A stretch of 63,292 nt of DNA, taken from positions 1 to 63,292 of the forward strand of contig JAZOUM010000036.1 in the NCBI GenBank assembly GCA_045658205.1, written 5' to 3'. Below, piece after piece: positions 51,606 to 59,332 of the stretch. A program made the translations under genes and the position numbers. Position 1 is the stretch's first letter, and each line of letters starts with the position of its first letter. This DNA comes from Eubacteriales bacterium. Lineage in GTDB: Bacteria > Bacillota > Clostridia > Oscillospirales > CAG-272. Below the pieces are notes generated by a model, which worked only from the letters and a program-made list of their open reading frames with translations, was not told where the DNA came from and ran no database searches.

Positions 51606-54600
51606 TTAAACTCCGAATATCTTCTTAACTATAATAGCTATAATAAGAGTGATGCCGCAATTAGCTCTTACTGAGCCTACCGCGTGACCGGAAACTGCGA
51701 GAGTCTCGTTTACAGCGTTTGCGTAATTCATATAAGCGTCGTACGCAGCGGTATATTCAGCCATAGCCTCAGCTACGCCCTCGTAAGAGAGGTTAGCGTT
51801 CTTTGCGTTAGCATAGCACTCTACGAGAGCCGCGTATTTTGCGTCCTCATCCTCGGATGCGTTGTAAATAGCAACTGCCTCGATGAACTTAATGGACGCT
51901 CTTTCGATTTCAGCAAGCTTTATAGCAAACTCGTCGAAGATAACGATAGCCTTATCGGTACCCTCTACACTTGCGTCAATATTGAAGTAAAGAAGAGCAG
52001 CTTCCTCGAAGAATGCCTTCTGATCCTCATACTTTTCAGCAGTACGCATTTTTTCAACAAAGTTGTTGAAGTATACGGAGTTCTGAATGAGAAGAAGACC
52101 GTAATCCTCCTCACGGAGAGTAAGCTCAAACTTACAGGTCTCAAAGTCGTTGATGAGGCTTACTATTCTTTCATCGGTGTAGTCTATCTCGTTGGTATCA
52201 AGATATCTCTGGATAGCAGCGGTCATACCCATCTTCTCAATGTAAGAGGTGGTGTTGCGAATATTATCAAGAACGCCCTTGATATACGCAACGTGATCAT
52301 CCTGCTCAAGCTCGTAGAAGAATAAGTATACCTCGTTGAAGAATCTGATAGCGTTGTCAATACCTGAGTATGTAGTATCATAAAGAGGATTGCCCTCGGA
52401 ATCGGTACCCAAAGCAAGAGGCTTAACTATACCGATATAAGTGTTAATGATATCTGCGTTATCAAGCCATTTCTGCTCTGTATCGTATATTCTGATGTAA
52501 TCGATACAGGTAACGATCGCCTCTGCGTTCTTTGTCTTGTTGAGCGCGTCTATGCTCTTGTAAGCGTTAAGATAGACGTTATAAGCGTCAATGAGATCCT
52601 TGAATTCCGCGCGGCTTTCATGATTTTCATCAGCGATCATATCATTAATGAAGCCAACGTCGATTCCACCGTCGTTAATAAGCTTCTTAGCGTTGTTGTA
52701 ATATCTCTCCATCGCTGTAAGAGTGGTAGCGGTCTGGAGTCTGGACATGTACTTAATGAAGGTATTTACGTTCTTATCCTGCGCGGTCTGAAGGATGATA
52801 TCGGTAAGCAAATCGTTATACTCGGTGTAGTCGATAATGCCGTTACCGTTTATGCCACCCTCTTCCTCAGCCTTAGGATAAGTATCTCCGAGGTTGTCGA
52901 TGAAGGTGCCGTTCTTAGTTACGAACTTCTGGATAAGCTCTATCTTACCGTCTCTTTCTCCTACGGTGCTCGGGCTACGCTTTACAGCAGCAAGTTCCTC
53001 TACAAGTCTGATAAACTCATCGAGGTTATCGCTCTTAAGCTCAGCAGTGATCTTTTCGAGGTCAAATTCCTCCATATAGAATTTAACCGCGTTTGCGTAT
53101 TCCTCATTCTCTGTAGCAAGACCCTTAAGCTCATAGCCCTCATCGGTCTTGGTGCAGTAGTTGGAGAGAAGATCGGTAGCAAGCTTGTGAGCCTCATTCT
53201 TACCGAAGATATCTCCGTTATCAGCGCGCATATAATCTATAGCGTAAAGGAACTTTTCGTCATCTGTCATATTCTGGATCTTATTCTGGACTCTGTAGGA
53301 GTTACCGGGATAGATCTTAATGTTATCGTAAGAAACCTCACCGGATGTAGAGGCCTTACCGGAAATTCTGAAGGTTACTTCCTTGTGGTCGTAGGTAAGC
53401 TTGCCATCAAGCACCTTAGCAGTGTACTTAGCAATAAACTGACCTTCAACGTAGAGGCTGTAGGTGAAATCGTCACCGGGATCAAATACGATAGTTATGT
53501 GGAGCCACTCGCCTCTTACGATAGCATTTTCAAGAATAACGGTCTTTTCATCCTCGGGATTACAAATATCTCCGTTACCGTTCATGAAGAAGTAGGATAC
53601 AGGGAACTTTCTACCCTCGGGAAGCGTAACTCCACCGGGCTCGATCATAGTACCGCCTGTGGGGAATTCACCAAAGGTGGTAATGTCGAACTCAAATACA
53701 AGTCCGTCGTCCGCGCTGAAGTCGGTATCAAGATCTTTAAGGTTAGCCTGGATATAGCTTGCGTAAGAATTATCGGTATAACGGTGAGTATAGTAAGTGT
53801 TACCGTTTTCTTCCTGTTCTATAAGAGCTTGGTTCTTAGCACCGCTGAGAACTACCTGCCAGCTGACAGTTTTGTTAACCTCAATGCTGGAGTCATAAAC
53901 CTTAGGATTAATGCCCTCCCAACCATTCTCATAATATACGGGAAGATCGTAGTTTGTATAGAGGTTCTCGCCGTCGAGCATAGCGTACTTCGCCTTGGAT
54001 GCCGCCTCATGCTTCTCTGCGTATTCGTCAAACTTAGCCTTATTCTCAACAAAAACAGACTCTTTTTCAACATCACGACCAAGAGGTTCGCACTCATTGA
54101 AGAGTTTATTTACCTTATTGAGAGCGATCTTGGTAAGCGCGGTATTGGTATCGGTTACCTCGCCGGTCTCGGGATCGAGAGTTTCGGCGTTCTTAAACGT
54201 CTCCTCAAGATTAGCGATATAGAGCGTTGAGATCTCATTCAAAAGATCGGTATAATCAGCCTTTGCCGCCGCCTGACCTGCAAGGCTGCTGTTATACTCA
54301 AACAATCCGAAGAGAGTGCTGACCTTAGCCAAACGCTCGTTTGCGGATATAAGAGCATCATCGGTGAAGACTCCGCCGTTCGCTTCCTTATCAGCCTTTA
54401 CAAGAGCGATAAGGTTGTTATAACAGGTGATAGCTTCAACCTTAGCTTCCTTAAGAGTCTTGGAATAACCGGACTCCGAAGGATCCATTTCTCTGGTGTT
54501 GAGATATTCAGCTATAGCAAGTATAGCGTCATACTTATCATCAACATCATCTGCGTTCTGTGCGTCAACAACGAGAGCCTTAAGCTCCTCTACATTGCCT

Positions 54601-54698
54601 ACAAGCACTTCATCTTCTGCAAACGCGGCAAAAACAAAGCCTGCGGTAAGAAGCGCGAGTACACACACAACCGTAAGCACTTTTTTGAAAATTCTCAT
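51606..54698 (-). CDS. large secreted hypothetical protein (helical repeats plus central LamG/concanavalin-like region, C-terminal hydrophobic tail)
   Basis: Signal peptide MRIFKKVLTVVCVLALLTAGFVFAAFA. The central segment ...GEWLHITIVFDPGDDFTYSLYVEGQFIAKY...VSYDNIKIYPG looks like a jelly-roll lectin fold. The last roughly 18 aa (CGITLIIAIIVKKIFGV) are hydrophobic. Confidence 0.75.
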   Translation of the reverse strand: MRIFKKVLTVVCVLALLTAGFVFAAFAEDEVLVGNVEELKALVVDAQNADDVDDKYDAILAIAEYLNTREMDPSESGYSKTLKEAKVEAITCYNNLIALVKADKEANGGVFTDDALISANERLAKVSTLFGLFEYNSSLAGQAAAKADYTDLLNEISTLYIANLEETFKNAETLDPETGEVTDTNTALTKIALNKVNKLFNECEPLGRDVEKESVFVENKAKFDEYAEKHEAASKAKYAMLDGENLYTNYDLPVYYENGWEGINPKVYDSSIEVNKTVSWQVVLSGAKNQALIEQEENGNTYYTHRYTDNSYASYIQANLKDLDTDFSADDGLVFEFDITTFGEFPTGGTMIEPGGVTLPEGRKFPVSYFFMNGNGDICNPEDEKTVILENAIVRGEWLHITIVFDPGDDFTYSLYVEGQFIAKYTAKVLDGKLTYDHKEVTFRISGKASTSGEVSYDNIKIYPGNSYRVQNKIQNMTDDEKFLYAIDYMRADNGDIFGKNEAHKLATDLLSNYCTKTDEGYELKGLATENEEYANAVKFYMEEFDLEKITAELKSDNLDEFIRLVEELAAVKRSPSTVGERDGKIELIQKFVTKNGTFIDNLGDTYPKAEEEGGINGNGIIDYTEYNDLLTDIILQTAQDKNVNTFIKYMSRLQTATTLTAMERYYNNAKKLINDGGIDVGFINDMIADENHESRAEFKDLIDAYNVYLNAYKSIDALNKTKNAEAIVTCIDYIRIYDTEQKWLDNADIINTYIGIVKPLALGTDSEGNPLYDTTYSGIDNAIRFFNEVYLFFYELEQDDHVAYIKGVLDNIRNTTSYIEKMGMTAAIQRYLDTNEIDYTDERIVSLINDFETCKFELTLREEDYGLLLIQNSVYFNNFVEKMRTAEKYEDQKAFFEEAALLYFNIDASVEGTDKAIVIFDEFAIKLAEIERASIKFIEAVAIYNASEDEDAKYAALVECYANAKNANLSYEGVAEAMAEYTAAYDAYMNYANAVNETLAVSGHAVGSVRANCGITLIIAIIVKKIFGV

Positions 54699-54736
54699 AA
54701 TTTTCTCCTTTAACGCTTGTATTTTTTTACGAGACG

Positions 54737-54766
54737 ATTATATCATATATATAAATATATTTTCAA
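54737..54766 (-). promoter_or_regulatory. sigma-A type promoter for the 1030-aa protein gene
   Basis: On the minus strand: TTGAAA (54761-54766), 18 nt spacer, TATAAT (54737-54742). Confidence 0.5.
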
Positions 54767-55062
54767 GGCTTAAAAAAATATTTGGATATTTTGGATATAA
54801 AGTTCTACTTTTTTAACAAAAGAATATTTTGTTGAAAAGTTAGTATGTAAGACGCCATCTTGGTTTGTAATTGCATGTGTTAGCGTTAAGTTCTTTACTA
54901 AAAAGTTAAATTCAAACGCATACAAACAAGGAGATATGTCTGATTGTTTTGCCTTTAAAAAAGCACTTTGTTTTTTCGCAACGTTTTACGTCAGCTCGAT
55001 TTTCTTTTAAGTTTTAATGTGTATTAGCAAACTATAGTTGACATTTTAACAGTATCAAAGAC

Positions 55063-55116
55063 AAAAAAACAGGATATACACCAAAATATGCATCAGTGTG
55101 ATATCCTGTTTTTTCT
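55063..55116. terminator. bidirectional terminator downstream of the histidine phosphatase gene
   Basis: AAAAAAACAGGATAT...ATATCCTGTTTTTT hairpin. Confidence 0.6.
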
Positions 55117-55140
55117 TATTGTTTTAGGTAAAGTGGGAGG

Positions 55141-55821
55141 TTAATGTTGGATAAAGGTAACAAGCTCACCAAGGTGAGAGTCGTTAGAATACGATACTGC
55201 CTTAAGTGACTCGCCGTCAAACTCTAAAACCGAATACGAGGCATTTGTCGGGAAGGGATAGGCATCCGCCCACTGAGAAGGTTGATATCCGCAAATACAT
55301 CCCCACAACGCTCTGATAGCCGCGGCGTGTGAAGCAACAAGAAGTGTGCTGCCGGGATTTTCTCTCGCTACATTTAAAAGACCTTCTCTCATCCTGTTTG
55401 CCATATCAACAACACTCTCGCCTCTTGGAGCCGTGAAGGTGCCAAAGTTTTGTCTCCAGCCTATCATAAACTCCTCGGGATGTTCTTCCTTAAGCATAAG
55501 CACGGATGCATTTTCCCAATCACCAAAATAAAGCTCACGGAAAGCATCGCTGGTATTAACGGTAAGTCCTCGCATTTTAGCATGAGGCTCCGCTGTATGA
55601 ACAGCTCGGATTAGATCACTCGAATATATGGCGTCAAATTTTATCTCAGCCAAAGCCTCTGCAGTTTTTATCGCCTGCTTTTGACCAAGCTCGGTAAGAT
55701 CAAGATTTGTATGACCGAGGCAGATACGTTTCAGATTTCCGACGCTCTCACCGTGACGTATCAAATATATAGTAGTTTTTTCTCTTTTCTCTTCCATAAG
55801 ATTTATTTTCTCAATATTCAT
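55141..55821 (-). CDS. histidine phosphatase family protein (phosphoglycerate-mutase-like)
   Basis: IYLIRHGESVGN (RHG motif) and a downstream SHAAAIR His motif. Confidence 0.85.
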   Translation of the reverse strand: MNIEKINLMEEKREKTTIYLIRHGESVGNLKRICLGHTNLDLTELGQKQAIKTAEALAEIKFDAIYSSDLIRAVHTAEPHAKMRGLTVNTSDAFRELYFGDWENASVLMLKEEHPEEFMIGWRQNFGTFTAPRGESVVDMANRMREGLLNVARENPGSTLLVASHAAAIRALWGCICGYQPSQWADAYPFPTNASYSVLEFDGESLKAVSYSNDSHLGELVTFIQH

Positions 55822-56101
55822 TGTAATTCCTTATAAGTTATATTTTTGATATATTATGAGTTTGTATTTTTAGTTTTTTTATGGATATATATTCATTTTT
55901 TTACTATCCATTTTTTTGTAATCAGTAATCTATAAAAGCCTAAAACCCCAACACAACTCATTAGACATTCACTTGTATTTATTGCAAAGTAAATAAAAAT
56001 ACCCATTATTTTCTCGTTAAAAGAACATTCGCCATTCCTTTACTATATTATACTATAAAATTAAACTTTTTTCAATAGATATAACAAAAGCATTTTAAAC
56101 G

Positions 56102-56135
56102 CACTTCAAAAAGACACTTTTGAAGTGTTTTTATT
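56102..56135 (+). terminator. orphan intrinsic-terminator-like hairpin inside the gene-free tract
   Basis: CACTTCAAAA (56102-56111) and TTTTGAAGTG (56118-56127) form a perfect 10-bp stem with a 6-nt loop, followed by TTTTTATT. No plus-strand gene lies upstream. Confidence 0.4.
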
Positions 56136-56809
56136 CCGTTTTTTATGAATATTTATTTTTCGTATTTTTTACTAATTTATAGTAGAATTATTTGCAAAAA
56201 TACGCAAAAAATCAATATTTTGAATCGATAAAATATCACCATTCGTTTATTTTACTCTGCATATATGCATATATTCAAAAAAACACGCATAAATAGCCCG
56301 AGATAAAAACATTCTTACCATTTTTTACCATTTTTACAACAAATCCTTATGTTTTTACTGTTTTTTCTCAAAAAACTCTTATTCGCCAGCCATCCCTTTC
56401 ACCAATCATAGTATACAAATAGAACAGCATATCAATAAACAACACATCAGAAACTTGTTTGTGAGTGCTTCTTTTTTTTGCAAAAATATAACTTTTTTTA
56501 TCAAAAACCTCTTATTTTACGCATTTTACCGTAGTTTTTTAGGGAATTCATGCGTTTTTCTTTTGATTTACCATTTTTTATCCCCTACACGTATCAAAAA
56601 CTATGTTATACCGGTACATTCTTATAATAAAAAAACAAAGACATAGTATACAAGCGGTACAGTTATTCTTTTCCCTGGAACAGTAATTTTCTCTAAAAAT
56701 CTCTTAAAAACTACTTTAAAAGCATCATTTCAGAGAAAAAATAACCGTTTTTGCCATATATACTACTCTTTTTTAGCTTATAAACAGTGTTTTGTATTAC
56801 AAATATTAT

Positions 56810-56825
56810 TGTTTCACGTGAAACA
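56810..56825. promoter_or_regulatory. parS: parS centromere-like site 1
   Basis: TGTTTCACGTGAAACA is a perfect 16-bp palindrome matching the Firmicute parS consensus TGTTNCACGTGAAACA. Confidence 0.85.
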
Positions 56826-56884
56826 TTACATATATCATATATCCTATAACCATGTGTTTTTAGTAATTAGCATTAAATACAAAT

Positions 56885-56900
56885 TGTTTCACGTGAAACA
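56885..56900. promoter_or_regulatory. parS: parS centromere-like site 2
   Basis: Identical TGTTTCACGTGAAACA, 75 bp from site 1. Confidence 0.85.
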
Positions 56901-57146
56901 AAGCATCAGATATGTGGTTTTTATCTTATTTTCATCCAATAAGCAAAAAAATAAGTATATTTATAGGAAAATAAAGCAAATCTGCTGTATTTTCTCCGAC
57001 TCGAATATTTTTATAACATTTTATGCACTTTTTAACACAATATATTGACATTTTCTTATATTATATGGTATAATTATAGTGTTAAAATGTTTGAAATGTA
57101 CTATTTTTGAGCATTTTTTAGGATTTTAAAAAAATGGAGATCAACA

Positions 57147-57911
57147 ATGGCAAAGATCGTTTCTTTTTCCAATCAGAAGGGTGGAGTAGGTAAAACTACG
57201 TCTTGTGTCAATATTGCAGCGCAAATAGCTAACAAAGGCAAAAAAGTCCTTATGATTGATATGGATCCGCAAGGAAATGCAACAAGCGGACTTGGATTAC
57301 CAAAATCTAAGATAAAAAACACTATTTATGACGTAATTATCGGTCGAGTTGATATAAAAGAGGCTATTATCAAGACTTCGTTCAAGAATTTATCAGTAGT
57401 TCCCGCTACAATAGATCTCGCCGGAGCAGAGCTTGAATTATATGATCTTGAAGAAATGCCTGTAAATTTCACTCAGATAGCCTTCGATTCAATTAAAGAT
57501 GATTTTGATTATATTTTTATAGACTGTCCTCCTTCGCTTGGTATGTTAACCGTAAAAGCATTATCGGTATCTGATGGAGTAGTTATCCCTATGCAATGTG
57601 AGTTCTATTCACTTGAGGGCATGTCACAGCTTCTTAATACCGTAAAAAAGATACGTCAACTCTATAATCCAAACCTTCAAATTGTAGGTATTCTTCTTAC
57701 AATGTACAATGGTAGACTCACTTTAACCGGTCAAGTTGTCGCAGAATTGAGAAAATATTATGCAGATTTACTCTTTAAGGTACCAATTTCACGCACAGTA
57801 CGTCTTTCTGAGGCTCCAAGCTACGGTGAACCTATTTGTTATCACGATCCTTATTGCAAAGGCTCTTTAGAGTACGCAGCTGTAGCAAAAGAACTTCAAA
57901 TGCGTATCTGA
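57147..57911 (+). CDS. soj: ParA/Soj chromosome-partitioning ATPase
   Basis: Deviant Walker A NQKGGVGKTT. 254 aa. GGAGA SD. Confidence 0.9.
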   Translation: MAKIVSFSNQKGGVGKTTSCVNIAAQIANKGKKVLMIDMDPQGNATSGLGLPKSKIKNTIYDVIIGRVDIKEAIIKTSFKNLSVVPATIDLAGAELELYDLEEMPVNFTQIAFDSIKDDFDYIFIDCPPSLGMLTVKALSVSDGVVIPMQCEFYSLEGMSQLLNTVKKIRQLYNPNLQIVGILLTMYNGRLTLTGQVVAELRKYYADLLFKVPISRTVRLSEAPSYGEPICYHDPYCKGSLEYAAVAKELQMRI

Positions 57912-57985
57912 TAAATATTCTGCTTAATTGTTTATATCATTATTTAAGTTCAGATAAAAATTACGAATATCGTTTAATATTAATT

Positions 57986-58001
57986 TGTTTCACGTGAAAC
58001 A
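57986..58001. promoter_or_regulatory. parS: parS centromere-like site 3 (between parA and parB)
   Basis: Identical TGTTTCACGTGAAACA. Confidence 0.85.
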
Positions 58002-58194
58002 TTATGATTCAGTTTCACAAGGCTTATTATAGTGATATACATACGCGATATCACTCGCAATTTCGTCTATAACAGTAAAAATTAATGTTTTCAACATTCC
58101 GGATGTTAAAATAGTTGAAAACACCCTGTAAATAATAAAAATTACTAAAGATAATATACATTTGTTCATTATCTTTATATGAAAGGATATAAAA

Positions 58195-59094
58195 ATGGCT
58201 AAAAGAAGTAGCGGACTCGGCAGAGGACTTGACGCAATTTTCCTTGAAAATACATTAACAGAAAACACTCAGAGCAAAGAAAACACTATCAGTACGTTAA
58301 AAATTTCTCTTGTGGATCCTAAGAGCGATCAGCCGAGAAAATATTTTGATAAAGAAGCCCTTGAGGAGCTTTCAACCTCTATTAGTGAAAATGGGCTTTT
58401 ACAGCCTATTCTTGTAAGAGAATACGGTGAGGGTAGATACCAGATTATCGCAGGTGAAAGAAGATTCAGAGCATGTAAGCTTGCCGGACTTACCGAGATC
58501 CCGGCTATCGTGCTTGACCGTGATGACAAGGCTGCGGCGCAGATCGCGCTTATAGAAAATATTCAAAGAGAGGATCTTAACCCTCTTGAAGAAGCTCTCG
58601 CTTACAAGTCTTTAAAAGAAGAATACGATATGACACAAGAGGAGCTTTCCGAGAGAATTGGCAAATCCCGTAGCGCTATCGCTAACTCTATCAGACTTCT
58701 CGATCTCCCTGAGTCAATTCTCACTATGGTTGCCTCAAGAGAGCTTAGCGCAGGTCACGCGCGTACGCTTCTCGGCGTAAAGGACCGTGAGGATATGATA
58801 CTACTTGCGCAGATTGCCGCAGAACAGGATCTTTCCGTAAGACAGCTCGAGGAGCAGGTAAAGAGGATTAATAAGAAAAAAAAGCCCACTATAGAGGAAG
58901 CGATCGAAGAGGATGCTCCTTTCGTAGACTATTTCCGCGAGATGGAGCTTCGTATACAGCGTCAGCTCGGCAGAAAGGTAAAGATCGAGGATAAAGGCAA
59001 GAAAAAAACTCTCACACTTTACTACGAGGATAACGAGGATCTCGACGAGCTTCTCAAGGCTATTTGCGGCAACGATTTTCTTGAAGAATTTTAA
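58195..59094 (+). CDS. spo0J: ParB/Spo0J chromosome-partitioning protein
   Basis: N-terminal RGLDAIF, ParB box IIAGERRFRA, and an HTH region (QEELSERIGKSRSAIANSIRLL). Confidence 0.9.
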   Translation: MAKRSSGLGRGLDAIFLENTLTENTQSKENTISTLKISLVDPKSDQPRKYFDKEALEELSTSISENGLLQPILVREYGEGRYQIIAGERRFRACKLAGLTEIPAIVLDRDDKAAAQIALIENIQREDLNPLEEALAYKSLKEEYDMTQEELSERIGKSRSAIANSIRLLDLPESILTMVASRELSAGHARTLLGVKDREDMILLAQIAAEQDLSVRQLEEQVKRINKKKKPTIEEAIEEDAPFVDYFREMELRIQRQLGRKVKIEDKGKKKTLTLYYEDNEDLDELLKAICGNDFLEEF

Positions 59095-59125
59095 TTTTAC
59101 ACCTTAAAAATCAAATAAAAGACTG

Positions 59126-59182
59126 AAAAACAAGCGTTTTAGATTATTTTCTTTTAGAAATATCTATTGCGCTTGTTTTTTT
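59126..59182 (+). terminator. terminator after parB
   Basis: AAAAACAAGCG ... CGCTTGTTTTTTT with a long loop. Confidence 0.55.
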
Positions 59183-59332
59183 ATTATTTCGTCTTTGAGT
59201 CGTAAAGAATATTAATTACCGTTATTTTCCACAAATACTTTATACACCTCAAAAGTAAACCTTTTACTTGACACGTATAATTCAATATGATAAAATTAAA
59301 GCATAAATATATAATATATTTTGGAGTCGCGT

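Noticed and set aside
49593-51674. A 693-aa ORF on the plus strand that runs antisense across the whole oxidoreductase gene.
   Set aside because: It shares codon boundaries with the minus-strand gene (both start coordinates are 0 mod 3). It therefore stays open simply because the sense gene avoids TTA, CTA and TCA codons. Its translation is L/S/N/R-rich and has no motifs, while the minus-strand product has clear OYE, 4Fe-4S and FAD-binding motifs. This is a shadow ORF.
52620-54230. A 536-aa plus-strand ORF antisense to the 1030-aa secreted protein gene.
   Set aside because: It is in the same codon-aligned antisense frame (0 mod 3) and has a low-complexity translation. The minus-strand ORF has an SD, a promoter, a signal peptide and a terminator context.
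54935-55009. A 24-aa ORF (MSDCFAFKKALCFFATFYVSSIFF) in the region upstream of the 1030-aa protein gene.
   Set aside because: AAGGAG ends only 2 nt before the ATG, which is too close for productive initiation. No promoter was identified.
56455-57048. Track ORFs 56455-56646 (63 aa) and 56809-57048 (79 aa) inside the AT-rich tract.
   Set aside because: Both are F/I/Y/K-rich low-complexity translations with no SD. The second starts inside parS site 1 and contains site 2.
55822-57146. The idea that the AT-rich gene desert next to parAB is oriC.
   Set aside because: I found no cluster of DnaA boxes (TTATCCACA/TGTGGATAA) by eye, only isolated 2-mismatch words. No dnaA, dnaN or rpmH is adjacent. 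The possibility is left open only as a check in the findings.
58002-58268. An 88-aa minus-strand ORF overlapping the parB start and the parA-parB spacer.
   Set aside because: It has no SD and a hydrophobic low-complexity translation, and it overlaps the well-supported parB N-terminus on the other strand.
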